Origin: Chthoniobacterales bacterium
GTDB lineage: Bacteria; Verrucomicrobiota; Verrucomicrobiia; Chthoniobacterales; DASVRZ01
Direction of reading: 5' to 3'
DNA length: 64,000 bases
Assembly (NCBI GenBank): GCA_038228695.1
Contig: JBBRPA010000013.1
Span: forward strand, 3,096-67,095
Shown: piece after piece, positions 18,066-26,391 of the stretch
Position numbering within the stretch: the first letter of the stretch is position 1
Layout of the letters: each line of letters opens with the position of its first letter
Position numbers and translations under genes: made by a program
Notes under the pieces: model-generated
The model's database searches: none
The model's input: only the letters and a program-made list of their open reading frames with translations
What the model was told of the DNA's origin: nothing

Positions 18066-20243
18066 ATGGCGCGTCCCTCTTCCTTTGGATCCTCTCACGA
18101 TAAATCCTCCGCCAATCTCTCCCAATTCGAAACCGATCTCTGGTCTGCTGCTGATAATCTTCGGGCCAACTCCAAGCTGACCTCCAGCGATTACTTTATG
18201 CCCGTGTTGGGCATTATCTTTTTGCGGCACGCGGCCAACCGCTTTGATGCCGCCTCCGTGCAGATCGCCGCTGACCAAGCATCAGGCACCATGCCCAAAC
18301 GCAAAATCCTGCCTGCCGACTACATCCGTCGCCGAGCGCTTTTCCTGCCGGAAGCCGCCCGTTACGACACCATCATGGCCAAGGCCACTAGCGACCCCGG
18401 CGGGCTGCCCACGCTTGTCACCGAGGCGATGACCGCCATCGAGCAGGACTTTGAGCCGCTGCTGAACGTGCTTCCCAAAGACTACGGCATCTTTGAGCCG
18501 AAGGTGCTGGAGGAGTTGATGCGTCTCTTTAATAGCGAGCAGATCAAACATGCCACGGGCGATGTTTTCGGCCGCATCTACGAATATTTCCTCGCCAAGT
18601 TCTCCATCCAAAAAGCGCACGACAACGGCGAATTCTTCACGCCCTCGTCGATCGTGCAACTCATCGTCAACGTCATCGAGCCAAACCACGGCAAGGTGCT
18701 GGATCCCGCTTGTGGTTCCGGCGGCATGTTCGTCCAGTCCAGCCACTTCATCGAGCAGGAGGGCGGCGACACCACGAGAAAAGTCGTCTTCTACGGGCAG
18801 GAAAAAAACGGCGACACCATCCGCATCGCGAAGATGAACCTCGCCGTCCACGGACTGGAGGGGAAGATCGCCGAGGCCATCACCTACTACCAGGACGAGC
18901 ACAACCTCGCCGGTCACGAAAAGCTCGCTCCAGGAGAGTGCGACTTCGTCATGGCCAATCCGCCGTTCAACGTCGATCTCGTCGATGCTGAGCGGATCAA
19001 GACCGACGCGCGCCTGCCCTTCGGCCTGCCAGGCGTGAACAAGGACAAGCGCGTCTCCAACGGCAACTACCTCTGGATCTCCTATTTCTGGAGCTACCTC
19101 AATGCGACTGGCCGCGCCGGGTTCGTCATGTCCTCCCAGGCCTCCAGCGCGGGCAATGATGAAAAAACCGTGCGCCAGAAGCTGGTCGAGACCGGCGACG
19201 TGGACGTGATGATCTCCATCAAGGGCGGCTTCTTCTACACCCGCACCGTGCCCTGTGAGCTTTGGCACTTCGACCGCGCCAAGCCCGCTGAGCGCAAGGA
19301 TCAGGTGCTCATGCTCGATGCCCGCAGCGTCGGCCAGCTCATGAAAGGTTCTCGCAAGGTTCACGAGTTCACGCCGGAGCAGATGCGCAACCTCACCGCC
19401 ATCGTCTGGCTCTACCGGGGCCAGCAGGAGCGCTTCCTCGCGCTGGTGCAGGATTACTTTGAAAAACACGCCGCCGAGTGCGCCGCAGTACCGGAAAAAC
19501 TCAGCGCCTTCGACACCGCGTTGACCGCTCTGGATGCTCCCTTTGCCGCCCTCGCCAAGACGGTGGAAGCCACGCCCGATCTCGATAAGGGCAAAGTGCA
19601 GGCACTTACCGACACCCTGGCCGAACTGCGCGACGCGCGGAAAGCCTGCGCCACCGATGCCCAGACCCTGCTCGCGGACCTCGCCGCCTCCGTGAAGGCT
19701 TTGCAAAAATCCTCGCCTGCCACCAACGCCGCCCAGCACAAGGCCCGGCAAAGCTTCGATCCCGCCGCCGACCGCGCCAAGGGCCTGATCAAGCAGGTGG
19801 ATCTGCTCTACAAACTCGCCAGCCGCGCCGCGACTAGCGGTGCCGACCTCGCAGCCGCTGAAGCTGTCTCTGCGGTCTATGACCGGCGCTCGACCAGCCG
19901 CTTCATCAAGCAGCTCGACGAAGCACGCCGCGCCGCCGTGGAGAAGCTCAAGCACGCCACGTATTTCCACCGCCAGATCGGCTGGTTGCAGGATCGCTTC
20001 CCAAAGGCGGCGATGCAGCCCGTGCCCGGACTGTGCAAGGTCGTCACGCGGAGCGAAATCGCCACTGCCGACTGGAGTCTAACTCCCGGTCGCTATGTCG
20101 GCGTTGCCCCGGCGGAAGTGGACGAGGATTTCGATTTCGAGCAGGCCATCACCGAGATTCACGAGGAACTCGCCGGGCTGAACAGCGAAGCGGCGGAGCT
20201 GGCTGCGACGATTGAGAAGAACTTGGAGGAGCTGGGGATATGA
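18066..20243 (+). CDS. hsdM: Type I restriction-modification system methyltransferase subunit
   Basis: GEFFTPSSIV, DPACGSGGMF (SAM motif I), ANPPFN (motif IV); 725 aa. The 3' end overlaps the hsdS start (ATGA). Confidence 0.92.
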   Translation: MARPSSFGSSHDKSSANLSQFETDLWSAADNLRANSKLTSSDYFMPVLGIIFLRHAANRFDAASVQIAADQASGTMPKRKILPADYIRRRALFLPEAARYDTIMAKATSDPGGLPTLVTEAMTAIEQDFEPLLNVLPKDYGIFEPKVLEELMRLFNSEQIKHATGDVFGRIYEYFLAKFSIQKAHDNGEFFTPSSIVQLIVNVIEPNHGKVLDPACGSGGMFVQSSHFIEQEGGDTTRKVVFYGQEKNGDTIRIAKMNLAVHGLEGKIAEAITYYQDEHNLAGHEKLAPGECDFVMANPPFNVDLVDAERIKTDARLPFGLPGVNKDKRVSNGNYLWISYFWSYLNATGRAGFVMSSQASSAGNDEKTVRQKLVETGDVDVMISIKGGFFYTRTVPCELWHFDRAKPAERKDQVLMLDARSVGQLMKGSRKVHEFTPEQMRNLTAIVWLYRGQQERFLALVQDYFEKHAAECAAVPEKLSAFDTALTALDAPFAALAKTVEATPDLDKGKVQALTDTLAELRDARKACATDAQTLLADLAASVKALQKSSPATNAAQHKARQSFDPAADRAKGLIKQVDLLYKLASRAATSGADLAAAEAVSAVYDRRSTSRFIKQLDEARRAAVEKLKHATYFHRQIGWLQDRFPKAAMQPVPGLCKVVTRSEIATADWSLTPGRYVGVAPAEVDEDFDFEQAITEIHEELAGLNSEAAELAATIEKNLEELGI

Positions 20244-21385
20244 TCGCAACGCTTCGATCCCGCAGTTGGCGAGATGCCAAACTAGAAGAGCTAGTGTTCT
20301 TCCAGCGTGGTTTTGACATTACGAAAGCTCAGCAGCGGGACGGAGAGTATCCAGTAATTTCCTCCTCTGGCGTAGCGAGCTACCACGATGAATTTAAGGC
20401 GTCAGGCCCTGGGGTCGTAATCGGACGGAAAGGGACATTGGGAGCGATTCATTTCGCGCCGAGTGACTACTGGCCACACGACACGACGCTTTGGAGCAAG
20501 GACCTTCGTGGAAATAATCCGAGCTTCGTCTTCTATTATCTACACACACTCAACTTGGAGCGATTCGATGTTGGCAGCTCCAACCCAACACTGAATCGAA
20601 ATCATATCCACGACCTGCCAATCAGGCTCCCGTCCCGCAGCATTCAAGACCGCATCGCCGCGATCCTCACCGCCTACGACGAGCAGATGGAGAACAACCG
20701 GCGGCGGATGGGACTGTTGGAGCGGGCGGCGCGCTTGCTGTATGAGGAATGGTTCGTCCGCCTCCGCTTCCCCGGCCACGAACACACCCCCATCCACCAA
20801 GGCATCCCCAAGGGTTGGGGGAGGAAACGGCTTGACGCCCTCGCAGATGTAAACCGAGCTTCGCTTTCCGGTGGCCACGACGGCGAGATTGAATACGTGG
20901 ACATCTCGGCCGTCGGGCCCGGAGAAATCACCGAGACGAAGATTCTTGAGTTTCGAGATGCTCCCAGCCGAGCCCGTCGCATCGTTCAGCATGGGGACAT
21001 AATCTGGTCGTGTGTGAGGCCCAATCGTCGTTCACATGCAGTCATCTGGAATCCGCCAGAGAACCTCATCGTCTCGACTGGCTTCGCAGTTCTGACGCCG
21101 ACGAACGCGCCGACCAGTTTCGTTTACTTCGCCACTTCGACCGATGACTTTGTTGGCTACTTGGAAAATCATGCGAAGGGAGCGGCGTATCCGGCAGTCG
21201 TTTCCGGTGATTTTGAGCGCGCATCAGTGCTCGTTCCTAATAAGTCGCTCGTGAAAGCTTTCGATGAGGTTGCGGCACCCACATTCTCGCAAATCCACAA
21301 CCTCCAAAACCAAAACCAAAAACTCCGCGCCGCCCGCGACCTGCTGCTGCCACGGTTGATGAGCGGAGAGATTGAAGTCGTTTAA
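20240..21385 (+). CDS. hsdS: Type I restriction-modification system specificity subunit
   Basis: Two target-recognition halves are separated by the conserved helix RIAAILTAYDEQMENNRRRMGLLERAARLLYEEWFVRLRFPG. The C-terminal helix is LQNQNQKLRAARDLLLPRLMSGEIEV. Confidence 0.88.
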   Translation: MIATLRSRSWRDAKLEELVFFQRGFDITKAQQRDGEYPVISSSGVASYHDEFKASGPGVVIGRKGTLGAIHFAPSDYWPHDTTLWSKDLRGNNPSFVFYYLHTLNLERFDVGSSNPTLNRNHIHDLPIRLPSRSIQDRIAAILTAYDEQMENNRRRMGLLERAARLLYEEWFVRLRFPGHEHTPIHQGIPKGWGRKRLDALADVNRASLSGGHDGEIEYVDISAVGPGEITETKILEFRDAPSRARRIVQHGDIIWSCVRPNRRSHAVIWNPPENLIVSTGFAVLTPTNAPTSFVYFATSTDDFVGYLENHAKGAAYPAVVSGDFERASVLVPNKSLVKAFDEVAAPTFSQIHNLQNQNQKLRAARDLLLPRLMSGEIEVV

Positions 21386-21476
21386 AACCGCCCCGAAATT
21401 CCAGAAATGACCTTAAAATTGCATTTTAGTTAAAATACACTTTGCTTATTTGCTCTTTTTTATTCACTTTTCGTCC

Positions 21477-22919
21477 ATGCTGAGCACGAAATCAGACCTC
21501 TTGGGTGTCTTGCGTCAGTTCAACCCGTGGTGGCGTGGCGAGCGCCAGAGTGGCTTGCCCGACTGGAAACGGGCAGCGTTTGGTGAAGTGAAGCAGTGGG
21601 TGCAAAATCCACCCGCGCCGCGTGCCGTGCTACTGAGCGGAGCGCGGCAGATCGGCAAGACCACTTTGCTGCTCCAGACCATCGAGAGTCTGCTGGAAGA
21701 GGGCGTGCCGCCGGGACAGATTCTGTATGCGACCTTCGACCATCCTCTGCTCAAGCTGGCAGGTCTGGATGGGTTAATGGATCTGTGGAGGGAAGTGGAG
21801 CCGGCGCAAGCGGGGCCGGAATACGTGTTTCTGGATGAAATCCAATACACCAAGGACTGGCAAACCTGGCTCAAGCATCAGGTGGATTTTCAAAAACAAC
21901 GTCGCATTGCGGTGACGGGGTCGGCCACGCCACTGGTGACCGAAGGGCAGGAAAGTGGCACCGGACGGTGGCACACGGTGCGTCTGGCGACGCTTTCGTT
22001 TTACGAATACCTGCAAATAAAAAAAGTGGCGGCGCCTGATTTGCCCGAAGTCGGATCGCTGCAAAAACTGCGGTCCTGGAGCGCGGCGGATTTCGGACGC
22101 ACGGCCGCGGCGGCGAAGCCATTGACGGGACATTTTCATGATTATCTGCTGCGCGGCGGCTTCCCGCAGTGTGCGCTGGTGGATGGCGTGGTAGCGGCGC
22201 AAAAACTCTTGCGCGAGGACATCGTGGACAAGGTGCTCAAACGCGACATGACCGCACTCTACGGTGTGCGGCGGGTGCTGGAATTGGAGCAGACCTTTCT
22301 CTACCTGTGCCTCCATGACGGCGGACTTCTCGACATGACGGAACTGGGAAAAAATCTCCAAGTGAAAAAACCGACCGCTACCAACTACATCACACTGCTG
22401 GAAGCGGCGCACCTCATCCACCGGCTGCCGCCCTTCGGCTACGGAAAGGAAATTCTACGCGGTCGATCCAAAGTCTATCTAGCAGATGCCGCCATCGCTC
22501 CAAGCGTGCTGTTGAAAGGGAAGTCGATGTTAGAAGACTCGGTGGCGATGGGAGCGGCGGTGGAGACGGCGTTTTTCAAACACGTCTTCACGCGCTATTA
22601 CCAACAGAGTGTGGGCTTCTCCTACTGGCGCGGCAAAAAAGACCAGGAGGTGGACATCATCGCCGAGGTGGAAGGACGACTGGTGCCCTTCGAAGTCAAA
22701 TACCGGAACCAAGCCACGGGTTGGGCGGAACTAAAAGGCATGGTGGAATTCTGCCGCGAGCGAAAGGTGTCGCTTGGTTACGTGGTGACGAAGGAGTCCG
22801 AAGACTTTGGGATCATGGAACGGGAGATGGAGCCCGGCGTCATGCTCCAGTTGGTTAAAATCCCAGCACCGCTGGCGTGTTATTGGTTGGGAAAAACAGA
22901 AATCACCGCACAATCTTAG
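21477..22919 (+). CDS. AAA+ ATPase with C-terminal PD-(D/E)xK-like domain (COG1373 / AAA_14 + DUF4143-type)
   Basis: Walker A LLSGARQIGKTTLL, Walker B YVFLDEIQ, C-terminal EVDIIAEVEGRLVPFEVKY (D...ExK). Preceded by a 90-bp AT-rich spacer. Its stop lies 8 nt before the hsdR ATG. Confidence 0.85.
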   Translation: MLSTKSDLLGVLRQFNPWWRGERQSGLPDWKRAAFGEVKQWVQNPPAPRAVLLSGARQIGKTTLLLQTIESLLEEGVPPGQILYATFDHPLLKLAGLDGLMDLWREVEPAQAGPEYVFLDEIQYTKDWQTWLKHQVDFQKQRRIAVTGSATPLVTEGQESGTGRWHTVRLATLSFYEYLQIKKVAAPDLPEVGSLQKLRSWSAADFGRTAAAAKPLTGHFHDYLLRGGFPQCALVDGVVAAQKLLREDIVDKVLKRDMTALYGVRRVLELEQTFLYLCLHDGGLLDMTELGKNLQVKKPTATNYITLLEAAHLIHRLPPFGYGKEILRGRSKVYLADAAIAPSVLLKGKSMLEDSVAMGAAVETAFFKHVFTRYYQQSVGFSYWRGKKDQEVDIIAEVEGRLVPFEVKYRNQATGWAELKGMVEFCRERKVSLGYVVTKESEDFGIMEREMEPGVMLQLVKIPAPLACYWLGKTEITAQS

Positions 22920-22926
22920 CAAGACC

Positions 22927-25900
22927 ATGATCACTGACATCAACAGCGAAGACCGCTTGGTGCAGACGACATTCGCGCGCCACTTGGAGGACGTGCTCGG
23001 CTGGGATAGCGTCTATGCCCACAACGAGGAAACCTTTGGGCCGAATGGAACCTTGGGCCGTGCCACTGAGCGCGATGTGATGCTAGTGCGCGACCTGCGA
23101 GCCGCGGTGCAACGCCTTAATCCTAACCTGCCCGAATCCGTCCGCGAGCAGGCGGTCGAGAAAATGACGCGGGTGGACTTCGCCCGCTCGCTTATTCAGC
23201 AAAACAAGGAATTCCACGACTTCATCCGCAACGGAGTTCCAGTCGAATGGCGCGACGCCGCTGGTCAGACTCGCCACGCCCGGGCGCGAGTGATGGATTT
23301 TCGCCATGCGGACAACAACCGATTCCTAGCGGTGCGCGAACTAAAGATCCAAGGGCTGCGTGTGCCACACTACAACCGCCGCGCCGACGTTGTGTGCTTC
23401 GTCAACGGATTGCCTCTGGTCTTCATCGAACTCAAGGCGGTCTATCTAAACATGCGGGCCGGCTTCGACAACAACCTCACCGACTACCTGAGCGAGACGA
23501 GCATTAACCATGCTTTCCACCACAACGCATTTCTGATTGTTAGCAACGGGAATCACGCCCGCTACGGATCGATCACCAGTAAGTGGGAGCATTTCGCGGA
23601 ATGGAAGCGAAACGACGAGAAAGAAAAAGGCAATGTGGACGCCGAGGTGCTACTCGACGGAATGTTAGCTAAGAATCGCCTCGTGGACTTGGTGGAAAAT
23701 TTCATTTTATTTGACGACAGTCGTCCCGGCGGCACACGGAAGATCGTTGCCAGGAATCATCAGGTGCTCGGGGTCAACGAGGCCGTCGCCTCCGTGGTGC
23801 GGCAGGAGGAATTGAAACTGGCATTTCCGGCCAACAAACGCATCATCCGCTACATCGCGCAGGAAACCATTTTGGACCGGGTCGCTGAGGAACCTCCGCC
23901 GGAATCGCAGGAGGCCAAGGACCGCCTCAGACTGTTGGACGCTCCCGATGAACTGCCTCTGGTGCAACGCGCCCACCCCGACCTCGGACGGCTCGGCGTT
24001 TTTTGGCACACCCAGGGCAGCGGCAAGTCCTACTCGATGGTTATGTTTACGGAAAAAGTCCGGAGGCATGTGCCTGGCAATCACACCTTTGTCATCATGA
24101 CCGATCGCGAGGATCTCGATGATCAAATCTGGCGGACGTTCACCGGTTGCGGAATGGTGGAACCCAAGACGACGCCTCGTGCCGGTTCCGGACGGGAACT
24201 TAAGGCGGCCCTGCAAGGGAACCACAGCTTCGTCTTCACGCTCATCCATAAGTTCAACCAACCCGTTGATGAAAAAGATCCCTACAGCGAGCGCGACGAC
24301 ATTATTGTCATCTCCGACGAGGCGCACCGGACGCAGGCGGGAAAGTTCGCCCGAAACATGCGGCTGGCGTTGCCAAATGCATCGTTCCTCGGCTTCACCG
24401 GCACTCCGCTTTTCAAATACGATCATCTCACGAAGCGAATATTCGGCGGTTACATTTCGCAATATGACTTCAAGCGGTCGGAGGAAGACAATAGCACGGT
24501 GAAGTTAGTTTATGAGAATCGCGGCGAGAAACTCGGCGTTGCCCGGCTAGATTTGAATGATCGCATCGCTGAGAAAATCGACCAAGCCGGATTGGACGCC
24601 GAACAAGAGGCTTTGTTAGAAAAACTGCTGGGGCAGGACTACGAAGTCGTCACGGCCCGAGACCGCCTCAACAAAGTGGCGGTGGACTTTGTGGATCACT
24701 GCGCTGCCCGTTGGGAGTGCGGTAAATCCCTGCTGGTATGCATCGACAAGATTACTTGTGGCAGAATGTGGAAACGCGTGAAGCGACTGTGGAAACGCAA
24801 ACAAGCCATCGTCGTTGCGGAGATCGCTCGAAAGGAAATCGCGCTTAAGTCAATGCTAGACCTAGATCAGCGAGAAACGGCAGTAAACGAGCTTGACTGG
24901 CTAAAGCAGCAAGCGGCGTGGATGGAAAACACCATCATCGAAATCATTATCAGCGAAGCACAAAACGAGGTGCGCGATTTTGCTAAGTGGGGAATCAATA
25001 TCGTCCCGCGTCGCATGGTGATGAAGAACGGCTTCGAGACGGAAGACGGCAAACGACTGAACGTGGAGGACGCCTTCAAGAACGACCAGCACCCGTTTCG
25101 TATCGCCATCGTTTGCGCCATGTGGCTGACCGGATTCGATGTCGAGTGTCTGCAAACACTCTATATCGACAAGCCGCTGAAAGCCCACACGCTCATGCAG
25201 GCGATTGCTCGCGCAAACCGCATTTACCCCGGCAAGGATTGTGGCGTGATTGTGGACTACAACGGAATGCTCAAGAGTCTGCGTTCGGCTCTGGCCCAAT
25301 ACGCGGTAGGAGATGGGGCCGACGAACAGCCCGACCCGGCCATTCCTTTGGAAAAGTATGTGCCCGGCCTCGTCGAGGCCATTGAGGAGGCCGAAAGCCA
25401 TTTGATCGGCTTGGGGTTTGATCCCGAACGGCTGGTCGGCGCCACGGGATTTGCCAAGATTGCAGCGTTGCGGGATGCCGTCGATGCGCTCTACACGTCG
25501 GATAAGGATAAGCGGCGCTATCAGATTGCAGCTCGGGAAGTCTTTTCCCGAATGAAGACTTTAATGCTAGAGCCTTCGGTTCGGCCCTATTACATCCGTC
25601 ACGATAATATCGAAGCCATCTACAAAAAACTGGATGAGCGCCGCGACACGGCAGATGTCACCGATGTTTTGAAAGAACTGCACAATATCGTCAACGAAGC
25701 GATTCGTTCCCAATCACCCGGAAAAGACCAAGCTGAGGGACTAAAGGTTGACCTCAGCCAAATCGATTTCGAGAAGCTGCAGGAGGAATTTGCGAAAAAA
25801 GTTAAGCGGAAGCGAAAGGCATTGCAGGACATTCGGGATATGGTCGAAGAAAAATTGGCGAGGATGCTCGCTGCCAACCCGATGCGGATGGACTTCTACA

Positions 25901-26337
25901 AGAAGTATCAGGAGATCATCGCGGACTATAACCGGGAAAAGGACCGCGCCACCGTGGAAGAAACTTTTGCCAGAGTCATGAAACTCGTGGCGGAAATGGA
26001 CTACGAAACGCAACGGCATGTCCGCGAAGGATTGACTGAGGAAGAGCTAGCGTTCTTCGATCTTCTAACAAAGGAAAACATATCGAAGGCTGACCGGGAG
26101 CGCGTGAAGCAAGCTAGTAAAGGGCTTCTAGCCACACTCCAAAAGCAGTTGGCCTCGATGCCGGCATGGACCCAAAACGCGACGACGCAGGCCGACGTGA
26201 AAGTGCTCATCCTCGATACGCTCTACCAGTCGTTGCCGCGCCCGCCATTCACCGATGAAGAAGCCGATGCGTTGGCTGAGAAGCTCTACGGTTTCGTATG
26301 GCAACAAAGCGGGCAGGGGCAACTCATCGCGGCGTGA
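22927..26337 (+). CDS. hsdR: Type I restriction endonuclease subunit R
   Basis: N-terminal nuclease ADVVCFVNGLPLVFIELK, helicase motif I HTQGSGKS, motif II ISDEAHRTQ, long C-terminal HsdR tail. Starts at MITDINSEDRLVQ rather than the track start at 22807. Confidence 0.92.
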   Translation: MITDINSEDRLVQTTFARHLEDVLGWDSVYAHNEETFGPNGTLGRATERDVMLVRDLRAAVQRLNPNLPESVREQAVEKMTRVDFARSLIQQNKEFHDFIRNGVPVEWRDAAGQTRHARARVMDFRHADNNRFLAVRELKIQGLRVPHYNRRADVVCFVNGLPLVFIELKAVYLNMRAGFDNNLTDYLSETSINHAFHHNAFLIVSNGNHARYGSITSKWEHFAEWKRNDEKEKGNVDAEVLLDGMLAKNRLVDLVENFILFDDSRPGGTRKIVARNHQVLGVNEAVASVVRQEELKLAFPANKRIIRYIAQETILDRVAEEPPPESQEAKDRLRLLDAPDELPLVQRAHPDLGRLGVFWHTQGSGKSYSMVMFTEKVRRHVPGNHTFVIMTDREDLDDQIWRTFTGCGMVEPKTTPRAGSGRELKAALQGNHSFVFTLIHKFNQPVDEKDPYSERDDIIVISDEAHRTQAGKFARNMRLALPNASFLGFTGTPLFKYDHLTKRIFGGYISQYDFKRSEEDNSTVKLVYENRGEKLGVARLDLNDRIAEKIDQAGLDAEQEALLEKLLGQDYEVVTARDRLNKVAVDFVDHCAARWECGKSLLVCIDKITCGRMWKRVKRLWKRKQAIVVAEIARKEIALKSMLDLDQRETAVNELDWLKQQAAWMENTIIEIIISEAQNEVRDFAKWGINIVPRRMVMKNGFETEDGKRLNVEDAFKNDQHPFRIAIVCAMWLTGFDVECLQTLYIDKPLKAHTLMQAIARANRIYPGKDCGVIVDYNGMLKSLRSALAQYAVGDGADEQPDPAIPLEKYVPGLVEAIEEAESHLIGLGFDPERLVGATGFAKIAALRDAVDALYTSDKDKRRYQIAAREVFSRMKTLMLEPSVRPYYIRHDNIEAIYKKLDERRDTADVTDVLKELHNIVNEAIRSQSPGKDQAEGLKVDLSQIDFEKLQEEFAKKVKRKRKALQDIRDMVEEKLARMLAANPMRMDFYKKYQEIIADYNREKDRATVEETFARVMKLVAEMDYETQRHVREGLTEEELAFFDLLTKENISKADRERVKQASKGLLATLQKQLASMPAWTQNATTQADVKVLILDTLYQSLPRPPFTDEEADALAEKLYGFVWQQSGQGQLIAA

Positions 26338-26391
26338 TAGCCGCATCAATTGGAAACGAACGGCTAGATACAGCGAGAACGCAGCGGTCGC

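Noticed and set aside
22807-22926. Upstream extension of hsdR overlapping the end of the ATPase gene. The same issue affects gltB (30970-31122), the YceI gene (32782-32820), the ALDH gene (35704-35787) and ilvD (46959-46985).
   Set aside because: The extensions overlap neighbouring genes or spacers and lack family similarity. Internal ATGs give canonical N-termini and tight intergenic spacing.
15731-26391. Search for direct repeats, att sites or integrase marking the defence island ends.
   Set aside because: None was found by eye in the 150-bp left and 55-bp right junctions. The island boundaries therefore rest only on gene content.
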